64,000 nt of DNA from Eledone cirrhosa (taxonomy: Eukaryota). The position numbers were made by a program, and so were the translations under genes. Below are positions 11,700 through 26,855 of the stretch, in pieces. The notes beneath the pieces were generated by a model. That model was not told the origin of the DNA. It did not search any database and was given only the letters and a program-made list of their open reading frames with translations. Each line of letters starts with the position of its first letter. Within the stretch, counting starts at the first letter, position 1. The stretch covers positions 333,684,001-333,748,000 of the forward strand of contig OZ024742.1 in the NCBI GenBank assembly GCA_964016885.1, given 5' to 3'.

Positions 11700-12799
11700 T
11701 AAATACATATGCACACAAGTCGCTCACATTTACTGCTCATATATTTATCTACAACCAATCCACTTCAGTATAAATAGAACATTCGTCTTTTTGTTTCTTA
11801 GTAATTTCTTGAGGGGGAAAATAGACATATTATAGTGGTTTGTATGGCTGTCCCATGTAATTAATTTGTCATCCTCCAGATGTTTCAATAAAACCATTCT
11901 AATATGCATTATTGTTTATTTTGGTCGAATTTACAATTCTCGATAATTCAGAATAATTAATTGCTATAAGTGTGGTAAATATCAAGTATAGAGATTACCG
12001 CAGGGATATTTGTCAGAAATGATAATGAAAGAGACAGTCGATTGAATATTGGAATTTTGCTGGAGACAATTTCCATCATTTTGTTATGTCAAAACGAACT
12101 TTCTTTTGAGTGATCTAACGGTAATGTATGTTTCAATCCAAAGATGCGAACCTAATTAGACAGTGTTAACGACACATGTATGCTGTATTTGGATTTTAGG
12201 TAGAAATTGCTGAGATAGCACGTGACAAGTTAATTAGTGTTTATGGTATTGACCTAGATTAACCTTTTATTATGCAACTTAGATTTGAAATTATTAGACG
12301 AAATGACGAGGACGTTTGTGGTAGCAGCGATGTGTTGTAATTATTGTATCTCTTATATGAGAAGGTTAATGATATTTGGCACTAAGATATCAAGTATAGT
12401 TAGGATAGCAAGTTAACCTTGGGTCAAACAATGCACATATTTAAGTAGGATTCTGAGTGTTTAATATAAGTAGTGAGTCACCTTATTGATATTGTTAATC
12501 TTGTAACTGGTGTGTTGACGAACGGTAGAACTGGTCGGACCGTACTATGGTCAAACGCATTACATTTATGACAATGCCGAATTTTGTTCAGGCACATTAT
12601 TTGAAACTGAATGGAGTGATCTTCCGTCGGTTCCTTCAATATAGTTTCCTGATTTTCCATCAAAGGCACAGTTAGGACATGAACGTAAGGTGTAAGTGAG
12701 TGTTCGTTAGATATGTGTACAGGAAAAATTGCAGGAACAGTAATTACGAGTATTTTCTAAACGGTATCTATCTACCAAATCTCACTCACAATAACAATA

Positions 12800-14880
12800 G
12801 TCAAGGCCTGACATGCTATCTATATTTTTTGTGATTGAATTTTAAGGAGCTTCAATTTTCATGATACACCGGTCAAGAGTATTCAAGGTGGGGTTGAGCA
12901 AAAGTGGAGAAGAGGAGGATAATAGTGTAAATATCTCTCGACTGGATGGTTCTGAGAAACCAGGAACAAATTCTGCGAGCCATGTCAACTTTGCTGTTTA
13001 TATGAGAGGCCCAAATTATGTTGTTGTCCACAATTACTCCCAAGTTTCTGATGATGTTGGATGCCACGAGAGTTTCACCTGTAGGCAGGGAGTATGGGAG
13101 TTTCAAGGCGACTTCTTTTCCAAAGTGGAATAATTCAAATTTATCCTCGTTTAGCAGCATATTGTTTTTTCCGCCCATTGGATAAGAGCCAGTAGAACTG
13201 ATTGGAGGAATATCCGGTCACCCACGCCATTGATGACCTTCTGAAGCATGGAGTCAACTGCGAAGATTATTATGCTGCTGTGTTTGATGATATCAGTAAT
13301 ATCATTAATATAGATAATGAAAAGAAGTGGGACACCACTACTGACTTTGGCTGGGCTGGATATTACTCCTTCGACTACAATATGTTGGGCTCTGTTTGAC
13401 AGCACCTTTCCAGTTGGATAGTTTTCTCGGTAGAATGTAGGAAAGATCAGCCATAGCAGGATTGCTGAAAACAGAGCAGTATTGTTTCTGCAGTATCTCA
13501 CCCATGGGTTTAGCATTATCTTTTGAGAGAGCCATTTTCATCAATTAGAGGGGCAACAGCAGAGCCAGTGAATTTATGTTTTTTGCTAATGAAAAGAACA
13601 CTTTGGGATTCAGTTTGAAGTTCTGAATGGCCCAGGCCTCTTCAGGTGCTCTTTAGTTGTTGATGATAGACATCATACTGTTTTGGAGGTTGTGTTTTTT
13701 CGATTCTAATGATGTAAAGGCAGTCAAATGGGTGTGTTGCTGCTGGCAGTACTAAAGGTTGTTGAATTATTTTTATTAATTCTTTTATTTTTTCTGATAA
13801 ATATTCTTCTATTTCCACGGAATCTGCACTTTGATTTGTTTACAGATCTTAATGGGGTATATTTTTCACATATATTTGTTACAATGTCTACACATATCTG
13901 CCAGGATCTTTTGATGTTAATGGGTATGTAAGTGTGCGTTAAATACCAAGTGACATGTGCAAGATCATGATTGATTACTTCCCAGTTTGTATTATGCATG
14001 ATGTCAAATGAATAAACCGGAGATACGTCATTGGGTTTGCGTTTTGGACGGTGAAATATCAGATCACAGAGAACCATGTCATGGTCTGAGAGTACAGTTT
14101 TTTCCCTTTCAATACTGTGGATAATGTCAATGTGGTTACTGAACATTAGGTCCAAGACGTTTTTGTAGCACCTTGTTGGTTCGAGCACAATGTGGGACAG
14201 GAAAAACTCATCCAGGAAGTCAAGAAACGCTTCTACTGCCTTTTGTCACGGGTTGAAGTGGAAAAACCTGGTTTCAGGCTGTTTCTGTACCAGTCAACCC
14301 GCCGATGTTGAAGTCTCTATAATTAAGATGTTGCTAGTGTGACACTGTGGGATGAAACATTTTATGATGTTGAAGCATTCCTTGAAGCATGGTAGAGGCG
14401 TTTGGGGTGGCCTATAGAGCTCAACTACTATTAAGTTGTTGGTTTTACTGTAAAGAGTGACTGCTTCGCAGTATCCATTGACAAAATATGTTGTTAGCCA
14501 CTGTCTAAAAAGAATAATGTACAAAAATGGCAATCCCAACCTTTCTTCTGCCAGTACGATCTACATGGATAGCACTGAAATTCTTCATCTTCACCTCGGC
14601 TTCTCAGTGAAGGGGATTGGGATGGGATTCGGTGAGGACAAAGAAAGTGGTGTGGTTAGGATGGTCATCAACCCAATCCTCAAGAATTTAAGCAAAAATG
14701 CATTAAGCAAAAATGTTGAGACTAGAATAGTTGTTGATTTGAATTGTTTTGGGGGTTTGTTTGTTAATGGCAGCAATGGGAGTTTGTGCAGTGAGGTAGA
14801 AATGGAGGATGTTGTTGGATAATTGCTACAATGGCTTTTTGTAGTTCATTATGCCTATAAATGAGGTTTCCTGTTTACGG
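12800..14880 (-). mobile_element. CR1-type LINE (APE endonuclease + RT), frameshifted, internally deleted
   Basis: EN motifs LYRPP, PTR..NVLDL, SDH; RT motifs LSNRAQ..V.G..S...V.SGVP, IYINDI, FAVD (=FADD), NLGVIVD..WASHI. Confidence 0.9.
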
Positions 14881-16224
14881 AACGGTAAGTGTCTGTAGTT
14901 GTGGGTTTTGTTTTTATTAGGGTTAGGGTTAGGATCGTTATATTTATATGTATATATTGTAGGTGTTTCAGTAAATTACTGCTGTTGGTACCAAAGCAAA
15001 CACTCTATGAACAGGTAGAGTGTATATATACGAAAAAACGAGGAAGTTTCGTTTATATGTAGAATATATTTATTGTATATCGACCTGTTACGCGCGTTAT
15101 ATATATATATATATATATACGCACACATATGCGTGTATCTGTGTGTGTTTATGTCTATGTATATAATAAAGAATAGACAGACGTACCTAATATACATGAC
15201 ATCAGACATGTTAGAAGAAAATACACAGATAGAAATACAAAGGAAGGAACAAGTAAAATCATTGTAAAGTTATTATCCTTTATTTTTACTGTCTTTTCAT
15301 ATACATACCAGGAACGCCATGTAGCTGTTTGGTTCCTTGTAGATGAAGCACTATATCAGGTGTTGTCTACCTCATTTCTGTACTTGAAAACAGTCTTGTT
15401 GACACTCAAGTTTGTTTAAACGAAGAAGGAAGCCAATATCATATTTCGTATTTGTATAGACTTTTTCTTGCCAATTTGATTATATTCCAAATTTAGTTGT
15501 GTCTGTTTAGACAGTTATGGTGTCGAAATATTTGTATACAATCTAAAACGTGAAATAATAGTTGCAAATATAATGTCCATCAGTCATATTTATATGATAT
15601 CTTTATTGAAAATATTTAATTACTAATTAATCATTATACCATTTTGGCAACAATAATGGTCATTATTATTTCCTCATTACATTTCTTAAACAGTTTTATT
15701 TAAATCACAATCAGTTGTTATTTTAGTCCAAAATCTATTTTGTCTCATTGAAGTGATCATTGTCCAAAGGTATTTCAACTAGGACCATTCTCTATATATT
15801 CAGTCTTCATAACGGATGCGAAAACAGACTACGTAGTATCTGCATTACTTTATTAATAAAGTTGGGATGTGATTTGAAAAATATCTCCTTATTCCTAGTG
15901 GGTCATGAGATTATATAGAGTTTCTCTTAGCGTACTATTTCGCCCTTAATTTCGATTAATTTTTACGTGAGTTGCAAATAGACTGATACATTATGCCGAC
16001 CAGATAACATGTTTAGCGGTATTAATGTCGGATTTCTACGCTCTGGCTTCATATCTCTTCGACACAAACATTGCTTTTCATCTGTTCGCCTTCGATAAAT
16101 ATTCACCGTCAAAATAAATCTAGGGTTGACTCTCTTTCTCTCTAAAAAATACTCTATGATCAAACCTCGAGAGAGATTGCCACCAACTGTTTTAACATAT
16201 CCAGGACAACATGAACATAATAGT

Positions 16225-16347
<123 letters not shown>

Positions 16348-17232
16348 CATTATCTCTCTGCCTCTCTCTCTTTCTCTCAATTCATTAGAAGTTAACGTGC
16401 CAGTGATCAGATAAGAAGCTCACTAAAGGTATATAGTACTTACCGTATTTATTGTTAATGTAGAAAACAGTATCCTGATCTAAAATCAGTAGATTTGATC
16501 TCATGACCATAAATCAAAAACTGTGCCATCTTAATCACATACATATCATCGGAATATCTATATGATTTTTTAAACTTTTCTTTCAAATTTTCTCTGCTTT
16601 ATTCTACAAATTATCTTCACCTTTAAACGCGTCTTACTAATGTCTCTTCCATAATTTACAGACAATATGATTGCTAAAGTTACAGCTATATCAGCATCAA
16701 TCAGTATAAAGTCTGTATCTTCATTTCGTCCTTCTTGAAATTCTCCAAACATGAGAGGAATAATTGATGTGTATGATCAGTGAACTGCTAATCTAAGGGT
16801 TTCATTTTTTGGCATTTAATCTTTTCGTTTATACACATATACTATCACACTTCTGAGAGAGAGAGTATACACAACAGGGGGAATATTGTCTTGCCAACTA
16901 ACAACATATCTTTTTAAAACACTTCACTTGTTTATCAAAATGACTTATCCTAAAGAGGCACTGTCATTTTCATGAAACGATTCGTGATTTTCAAAGAATT
17001 TATTCATACGAAGTTTAAAGCTTTTGTCAAACTTCCTATATAGAAGATAATATGACATTATTTAATTTTCTTTGGAAACCTATATTTCTTATCAGTTGAT
17101 ATTAAACAATTATATATCATCTAGGTTGAGAGTTATATTGTATCTTTCACTGGATAAATGTTATGCAGTCACAAACCACACACATTCAAACACATACAAA
17201 CATACACACACACAGACATTCTTTGTTTTTTC

Positions 17233-17327
<95 letters not shown>

Positions 17328-17501
17328 TCTCTCTCTCTTTCTCTCGCTCTCTCTCTCTCTTTCTCTCTCTCTATTATATGTGTATATATTTATATTTATT
17401 TATAAATGGGTGTATGTAGGAATAAATGCTTCACACAATCACATACATAAAGAACAGCTTATGTATATATATATATATATATATATACATTCACACACGC
17501 G

Positions 17502-17587
<86 letters not shown>

Positions 17588-17928
17588 GACGCTCAGATAC
17601 ATACACACAATCATAAGCACATCTAAATACACTCACATAAAGAGATAAAGGGCGAATATATTCATGTTTTCTCTATTAATTTTCTTGACTTCTTATCATT
17701 GACGACTTTGAGTCGAAATTTGAATAACATTCCGAGCTCATTTCTGTTGTTGTTATTGTTAGAGTTGATCGTCGTATCAGTATCGATTTAATATACACTC
17801 ATTTGAAACGCAAGGAACATACACAGCATTAGCTTTCATATGTTTCTCATAGACTCACGTCCATGCATACACACATGCAATAAATAAATATACCTCCATG
17901 TAATGTACACGGGTCTGAATATGTGTAT

Positions 17929-18852
<924 letters not shown>

Positions 18853-19217
18853 ATAATGTATAATGTGTACTGCCGCCTAAATAGCATAAAAGCAACGGAG
18901 AAAACCATTCGCATTCTTGATAAAGTTGGAAATCAAGGTGATTTGTTGATGTCCCAAAATTTATTCATACTGTTGTAGAAATAAATGATTCTTGTATGCC
19001 ATGCATATTAACCGAAAAAAAAGCATTACAATAATATTTATGAAATAACTTAAAATGCTTCAGAATTGTAATTAGAATTATCAACAAAAATCAATAAATG
19101 CCAATAATGAAAATAATAGTTTATAAATTAGGCAAAAGACCAGAAATATTGCCAGTCACTTCGTTAACGGTTCCACTAATTTACGCCAATGAATGGATTA
19201 GAGAAGTTGATCTCGAC

Positions 19218-19248
<31 letters not shown>

Positions 19249-19259
19249 ATAATAATAAC

Positions 19260-20139
19260 GTTAGTCCTTCATCAGTGATCTTCCAACCATCATTGGTATT
19301 TCATCGCTTTAAAGACCATATACCTCCGGTTGGTGCGAGCAACGGCTAAAAAGGTCGCTGGGACAAGAAAATAAAGGGGACACGAGAGTGTAAACAAACA
19401 AAGATGGTGAAGAAACGAAAAGTGAGGAAGATGGAGTCAAGTCCCAAATTTCCATGAATATAAGTTCGGTGAAATCGTGAACGAGAGAGAATAAAGACCA
19501 TCAAACCTGGTTGGAATGTGAGCAAGGAAGGAATTCCGTACAGCTCTAACGGGAGGAAAAAGGGATCTAGCCTGTGAATTCGGTGAACGTAAGTTCTGTG
19601 AAATCGTAGACGAGAGAGAGAAAAAAGCGACCCGCCTGACCAAGGGTGCGAAAGAAAAGAATTACGCACAGGTCAAACGAGATGAAGGAGGAGGAGGAGA
19701 GGTAGTAACAGAGAGTGAGTGAGTGAAGGGAAGAGGAAGAGGCTAACAGAGAGAGTGACTGTTAGAGAGGGTAAAGATACAGAGAAAGAGGAAGCAGTAA
19801 GAACGAAATAGACGGGTCACAGCGGGGGAAAAAAATATGTGTAAATATGAGAATAAACGTGCTGCGGGGTTGCTAATGGGTTACATATGAATAAAGTTAG
19901 TCCTTCATCAGTGATCCTCCAACCATCATTGGTATTTCACCGCTTTAAAGACCATATACCTCCGGTTGGTGCGAGCAACGGCTAAAAAAAGTCGTTGGGA
20001 CACGTAAATAAAGGGGACACGAGAGTGTAAACAAACAAAGATGGTGAAACAACAAAAAGTGAGGAAGAAGGAGTCAAGTCCCAAATTTCCATGAATATAA
20101 GTTCCGTGAAATCGTGAACGAGAGAGAATAAAGACCATC
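19260..20139 (-). mobile_element. 636-bp unit in partial tandem (243-bp terminal direct repeats); non-coding, LINE-tail-like internal repeats
   Basis: 19260-19502 matches 19896-20139; internal repeat GTGAAATCGT.ACGAGAGAGA; starts next to (TA)n. Confidence 0.8.
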
Positions 20140-20330
20140 CAGTGATGCATCTCAACTCAATTTATTGTGTGTTACAATTGTTTCGCCGTCGGACAGCTCG
20201 AGACGCGATCATTGTGTCGATCTGTTTGATTCTGGACCCGCAGGTTCGACGGACACGTCTAATGATTTCGGAACATATTCTCTCACGGCATACCGCCTAT
20301 GGAAGCATCTTAGCTACTATCACACACACT

Positions 20331-21500
20331 CAGAGCTCAAACCGTTTCGACGGCTATTTCTGGACTAACTTAGATTTTTTAGCATGGTAGTAAATAGCGG
20401 AAATGTTCAAGGAGTAATTCCTTATATGGGAACATTGTAGTTGTCAAAAGGATTGGTCAACATTTCTTGTAAACACAATTAAATATTTCATGTCGATGGG
20501 TGGGAGGTGGAGGTGGCTGTACTTGCCTGGAGAAAAATGAGGGAGTGGGTGGAGCCGGTCAAGCGTTGAAACCCAGCCCAGCGACACGCCACTACACTTT
20601 CGGGCCACATCTGGGACCTCCAAGATAATAACATCACATACCATCTTACTTGGAGCTTACGAAGGACCAACTCCTAAAGAAATAAGACGAACTTGTAACC
20701 GAATATAAACAGCGATTGCGTAGGATTTACCTCGCCTTTCATATCTCCTAATGACCCGGGTGGGTAGAAAATGGCTGTAACATCCTTCTTTTCCCCACTT
20801 GCCGAACACAATAGGGGAAAACTCAGCATATAGGTAGATGTAATTCTTTTCTTTTTTCCCTTTATCTCTTCTCACTTCCTCCCACTCCTTCTCCTCTTCC
20901 TTTTCCCTTTTCCTCTGTCGCTTACTCTGAGGCAGCCGATCAGGCTTTTGTGGTCTCAGTACTCCCACCCCAGTACATTCTATTTAATATTGGCCGAAAA
21001 CGCAATATCAGGTAAAAATGTAGCAGCTGTTTTAGACTCCATTTTTTTTATTATTTTTTATTATTTAATTTTTTAATATTATCATTATTTTTATTTATTA
21101 TTATTTAATTTTTATTTCAATTTATTAACTTTTTAATTTCATAACTTCCCACTCTCATATTCATCCAGAATTCTTTCTTCCCCTGCTTTCTAGCTAGCCT
21201 ATTTTCATCCACACTCCTTAGAATCTGTTGTATAGAATTCACTTTCAACGCTTGACCGGCTCACCCCACTCACTTTGTTCTCCAGGCAAGTTCAGCCACC
21301 TCCACCTCCCACCCACTGCAATGAAATATTTAATTGTATTTACAAGAAATGTTGACCAATCTTTTTGACAGCTACAATCTTCCCATATAAGGAATTACCC
21401 CTTGAACATTTCGGCTATTTATTACCACGTTAACAATCTAATTTAGTCCAGAAATAGCCGTCGAAACGGTTTGAGCTCTGCCGTCGGGGTCTTGAACATT
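20331..21500 (+). mobile_element. pLTR-like element with inverted arms (20331-20570 / 21245-21480) and variant hammerhead at 21397-21490
   Basis: ACCCC TTGAACA ..CGGCTATTT..AAATAGCCG.. GAAAC GG..CC GTC GGGGT; homologous to 37415-38600; ends at (TA)n. Confidence 0.8.
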
Positions 21501-21513
21501 TTCCTATATATAT

Positions 21514-21561
<48 letters not shown>

Positions 21562-21699
21562 TTAAGGATACTATTTATGGTTATGTATATAGTTATATAT
21601 ATTTTAAACCCTAAACAGTGAAAGACAGTAATTTATTACTACCTTATTACGAGTAAGATAAATAGCTCAATGTAATAACATCAGTTGTTCTACAGAGCA

Positions 21700-22184
21700 G
21701 TTATATAGAAATTACATGAATCAAAGTTCTGTTTAAACCATTTATTCGCTTACAATTGTTTCTTCCAAACCGAGGTTTGTCGTCTTCGGAGCAATTTTTC
21801 AATGATTGTTTACATACTTGACCTCCTTTCCAACACAAGAGACATACACAAACATATGTATATATTGGTGTACAGGGGGTTGACATCCATTATAATATTT
21901 AAGCATGGCAATTTACATTCAAAGATTAAAGTCATAATAAAAGAAAACAAAATTGAAGTTAATATACAACATTGACAGTTAACGAAGAAAATGCAAGATG
22001 ATAGTTAGAAGTAGTTAGTGTATGCAATAGTTACACGTGGGACAATAGTTACACGTGGGGCATGCACTTGTGTCTTATTTATATAAGATTATAGTGCGGC
22101 AGGGTGCTCCGAAGATGCCAAACCTCGGTTTGGAAGAAACAATTGTAAGCGAATAAATGGTTTAAACAGAACTTTGATTCATGT

Positions 22185-22192
<8 letters not shown>
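21700..22192. mobile_element. Fold-back element with ~90-bp inverted arms, each with a CCGAAGA-core hammerhead
   Basis: Plus strand 22105-22151: TGCT CCGAAGA TG CCAAACC TC GGTTTGG AA GAAAC AATT GTA AGCG; minus copy 21747-21793. Confidence 0.8.
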
Positions 22193-22279
<87 letters not shown>

Positions 22280-22410
22280 AGTATTTCATCTGATGAACGA
22301 GCTAGACGTTTCTGTAAAATCCTCTACTTTCCTGGAATAATCTTATTGTGTTTTTTATTATGTAAATAAATAAATATATATATATATATATTATATATAT
22401 ATATATATAC

Positions 22411-22508
<98 letters not shown>

Positions 22509-24185
22509 GTGTGTGCGTGCGTGTGTGAGCGTGTGTGTGTGTGTGTGTGTGTGCGTGTGTGTGTATGTATTTATTAATCTACATCTCTATTACGTGTTCC
22601 ACCCGAAAGGCTGAGACCATGCTGAGGCAATGCTGAGGCACATACATCTCTCTATATATATATGTATGCATGGTTTCAGCAACATTATCGTCAGTGGAAA
22701 TGCTAATTAGCTAGCTGCTGATGATATAAACTACCGACTGTATGATTAAACAACACAGCATGTGTCGGTTACAAAATTGAAAATATACTATCTATATATG
22801 TGTGTGTGTAGATATAAATTGAAAAATGTGTGAACGTTAGAAAACGTTACCTACAAATTATGTTATATAAGGAAAATATTAATAAAAAAGCGGATTTGAA
22901 AAGCGCATCTCACCTGGTATATATATAAGATCTTTATAACAGGTGCAAAATTGAATATTGGTTAGCAAAGGTCGCTTTCTCCGTGTTGCATTATCAAAAT
23001 ATAATATGGTTAAATTGATTTTTCTTCTCGTTATAACTCCGCTATGCTAATTCGAGCACTGTATTGATTTAGGTCACTTCTCTCTTCGCCAACGTAAGAG
23101 ATACAACTGATTTTTTCCTTGTAGCCTGTTTGTAGAGAGGATCAGATTATGTGACAAGGGGCGTAACTCTACCTTACTTTATTTTTGAATGACTATATGG
23201 CAAATGATTTTAATTTCGTGTTGAATATTCTGATAAAGATTTTCTCTTTATTAATTCGACCTTGTTCTGTGATTTCATAGTACAATGGTACAATGGGAAA
23301 CATCGAATTTTAGCAGCATTTTGCTTCTTCATTCCTCTCTACATTTGCTTAGAGGCCCTTTGTAGTATGCGTGGTTCTGATTTACTGTCGATAAAATGTC
23401 ATTCTTTTTCAGTCCTGTCCCTTCTACTTGTTGGTAGTGAATACCTTGGGAGGTCATAACATAAATTAAGTTTTCCGAGTTGCCTGATGTTTTCCCTTAC
23501 ATAAATTCCCACTCTGCATCATACCATGTATGGACTTCTCTTTTGATTTGTGGTTTTCCCGATCAGAGTTACATAGATTATTTACATTATTATTATTATT
23601 ATATATATAAAGGGAACACTGGGCATGTATGTATCAGTGTTTCTAATTTAGGAATACCGTCAGCAAACTTTTTGTAAAGCCGATAACGTCGATTTCATTA
23701 TTTGAATAACATTTGATTTCAGCGACACCTGGATAATGACCTGTAAATTTGACTATGGTGAAATTCTAACTCACCATGAAAATATCCTATAAAATCCTAC
23801 CAAATGCGTCATGATATTAAAGGCTTCTAATGCCCGTACAAGGCTAGCATATCGTGTGTTGCTGGTGGTTGGAATATTACTCGGAAAACACTACTTAGAT
23901 TGTATATTATTTTCTCAATGAAACGCAGTTTGAACTCAAAACGAAAATATACGCAAGATAACAGAGCAATGTTGGTCCAACGCTCTTAAAATTCTACCAA
24001 CCAACTGTTTTATAATAGAAATAAAAACAAATACAATTCATTATGACCATCCACAAAAACACATGACTCACACAGACAGATAGAAAATAGAAATATTTAA
24101 CATACATGCACATATCCACATTCAAGATATTTTGCACAAAAACACCAACATGTATACGCAAATACATATAAATTCATATAAATAC

Positions 24186-24339
<154 letters not shown>

Positions 24340-24430
24340 GCATATAAATATATATTTGTATATATATATATGTATATATTATATACTTATACAAATATGC
24401 TAGTACATATATATATATATACTTCTGTGA

Positions 24431-24497
<67 letters not shown>

Positions 24498-25220
24498 CAT
24501 GTATATATACATGTATATAAATATTTATATATATATACATATATATATTTATATATATGTATATATATATTTAGAGAATGACACTAAGGCTTGCCTACAT
24601 TGCGAACATAGAAACATGCAAATATACAAACAACAGACAAACAAAACCTCATTATCATGATAAGATCTTCAAAGTATGCTTAAAAGAGGAACGACCAAGA
24701 AAAACATTGCGAAGAAGAAGAAAGCTAAGATAGTGACATAGCAAGAAAAAACATTCATATAACAAACAAAGTAAAACATGATGAAGCACCTAGAATATAT
24801 ATTTTAAGAAAACGCGAAGAAAGATAAGAAAAACGTATAGAAACACGTAAGATATTTAGTGAAGAAAGTGAGAAGAAGCAAGAAGTGTTCAAAGAGAATC
24901 CTCCTGTTTTCGCTAGTTTAAAGCCAATCAATTTGATTAGAGCAGTGGAGGAGAAATTAGTTGTATTTAAAAATGTATTGACTTCGCTGGCAAAATGCTG
25001 ATTTCGGGTGAAAGATAAGATTGTTTAAGCGTCAATCTGGTTTCAGCAACATTATCGTCAGTGGAAATGCTAATTAGCTAGCTGCTGATAATATAAACTA
25101 CTGACTGTATGATTAAACAACACAGCATGAGTCGGTTTGAAAATTGCAACGCCATCTAATCTCGCTACTTCACTTTCAGTTTCGGAGACCAACAGTAATT
25201 ATTCTCAATTATTCATGACA

Positions 25221-25262
<42 letters not shown>

Positions 25263-25962
25263 CACCCCTCTCTCTTTCTCTTTCTCTCTCTCTCATAAAT
25301 ATATACACATAAGTGTGTGTGTTTACATACACATATATATACATTATATGGATATACATTATATATATATATATGGGTATACATTTTAACGCATGTGTGT
25401 CATTATATGCGTATATTTAAGTATCTAAGTAATACATTTAAATCTATACATCTGTAGAAAAATAAAGCTAAAATATAACAATGAAATCGACATATAAATT
25501 GAAAATATTTATGTCATTAGAATCACCCTCGCGCAAATACTACAAGGAGATTGATTGCTGCATCATTGCACGTAAAAGATTATTAGGCATGTTAAACACG
25601 CACAACCACTCTCACCTACACGGTTTGCAGCTTTTTGAGAAAACATCTTTGAAAATTCTATTAATTCTTTTATACCTCTCATCTGTTATAGTTCGCAATC
25701 AATGTTTTTTTTTTGCATTTGGTTTGTGATGTTGTGTACGCTCAAAACTGGTTGACTTAGTTGCGTTGCTCTCAATGGTTAGAGTAGCAAGTCCTTGCCT
25801 GAAAGACATGACGTTCACTTACTCGTAATGACTGCATGGTAGGTATTTTTCTCTATAAGCGGACTTTAAATGGTTTTCAAAACTATTTTTAGTAACCAAC
25901 TGTAAATACAGCTGTGTGTATGTTACTGTATATATATATGTATGCATATAAATGAACCCATA

Positions 25963-26020
<58 letters not shown>

Positions 26021-26023
<3 letters not shown>

Positions 26024-26738
26024 GAAAAGTATAGAAATTATTGTAGCAAGAAGCCAACAGTATTCCATAATATATAAGTCAAAATGGAAAAATAGTTAAC
26101 GTAAGATGTAGGAAAATAATTCAAACTCAATTCAAAAAGAATCAGGATATAGATTCATTCACAGAATTAGGTGAAATCCAGGGGAAAATCAATCGAGCCT
26201 TAACTCAGAATAAAATAAAGTCTAAAATATTCATCCTTCAATTTGGAAAAACTACAAATGCTCTGTATAGTCTTAAAATACTATTTCACGAAACATTCAG
26301 TGGTGATGGTCACGGTTGGAATCGATCATCAGCAGAGCTCAAAGACATGATAACCCAAGGACCAATGTTTATAATAAGCCAAAAACGGAATTTAAAACCA
26401 TGCTAGTTCAACATCATGCGTAATTATGAAGAGAAACGCACACGTAGAGAGAGGGCTGGTGACGTCAGAATGAGACGAATGTTTGTTTACATGAAATAAT
26501 AGTCAAAAACATTCCGAAAAAAACTCTACAATATAAGGAGTTCAGTAAAAGCAATATTATCGCGTTTTTTTTTTTTAAAGACCGGGATTAGTCACAAATA
26601 ATTTAAAGCACTCTAGGAAAGAAATCCGAGTATAAATATAAATGAAAAGTATAGAAATTATTGTAGCAAGAAGCCAACAGTATTCCATAATATATAAGTG
26701 ACTATAGCGTCAAAATGGAAAAATAGTTAACGTAAGAT
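26021..26738 (-). mobile_element. 620-bp unit with ~90-bp terminal direct repeat and one hammerhead, in (TA)n
   Basis: AATGAAAAGTATAGAAATTATTGTAGCAAG at 26021 and 26641. Confidence 0.85.
26260..26338 (-). ncRNA. Type I hammerhead ribozyme, AUA triplet
   Basis: GCTCTG CTGATGA TCGA..TCGT GAAAT AGT ATTTTAAG ACT ATA CAGAGC. Confidence 0.85.
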
Positions 26739-26808
26739 ATGCATATGGGTTCATTTATATGCATACATATATATATACTCGTTTAGGCATTTACCTTTTT
26801 CAGCAGAC

Positions 26809-26855
<47 letters not shown>

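Noticed and set aside
14917-14933. TTAGGG telomeric repeats
   Set aside because: Fewer than three units; not enough to call an interstitial telomere.
22290-22312. CTGATGA hammerhead half (also 22718, 29484, 45083)
   Set aside because: No properly placed GAAA-stem III-NUH-stem I partner found.
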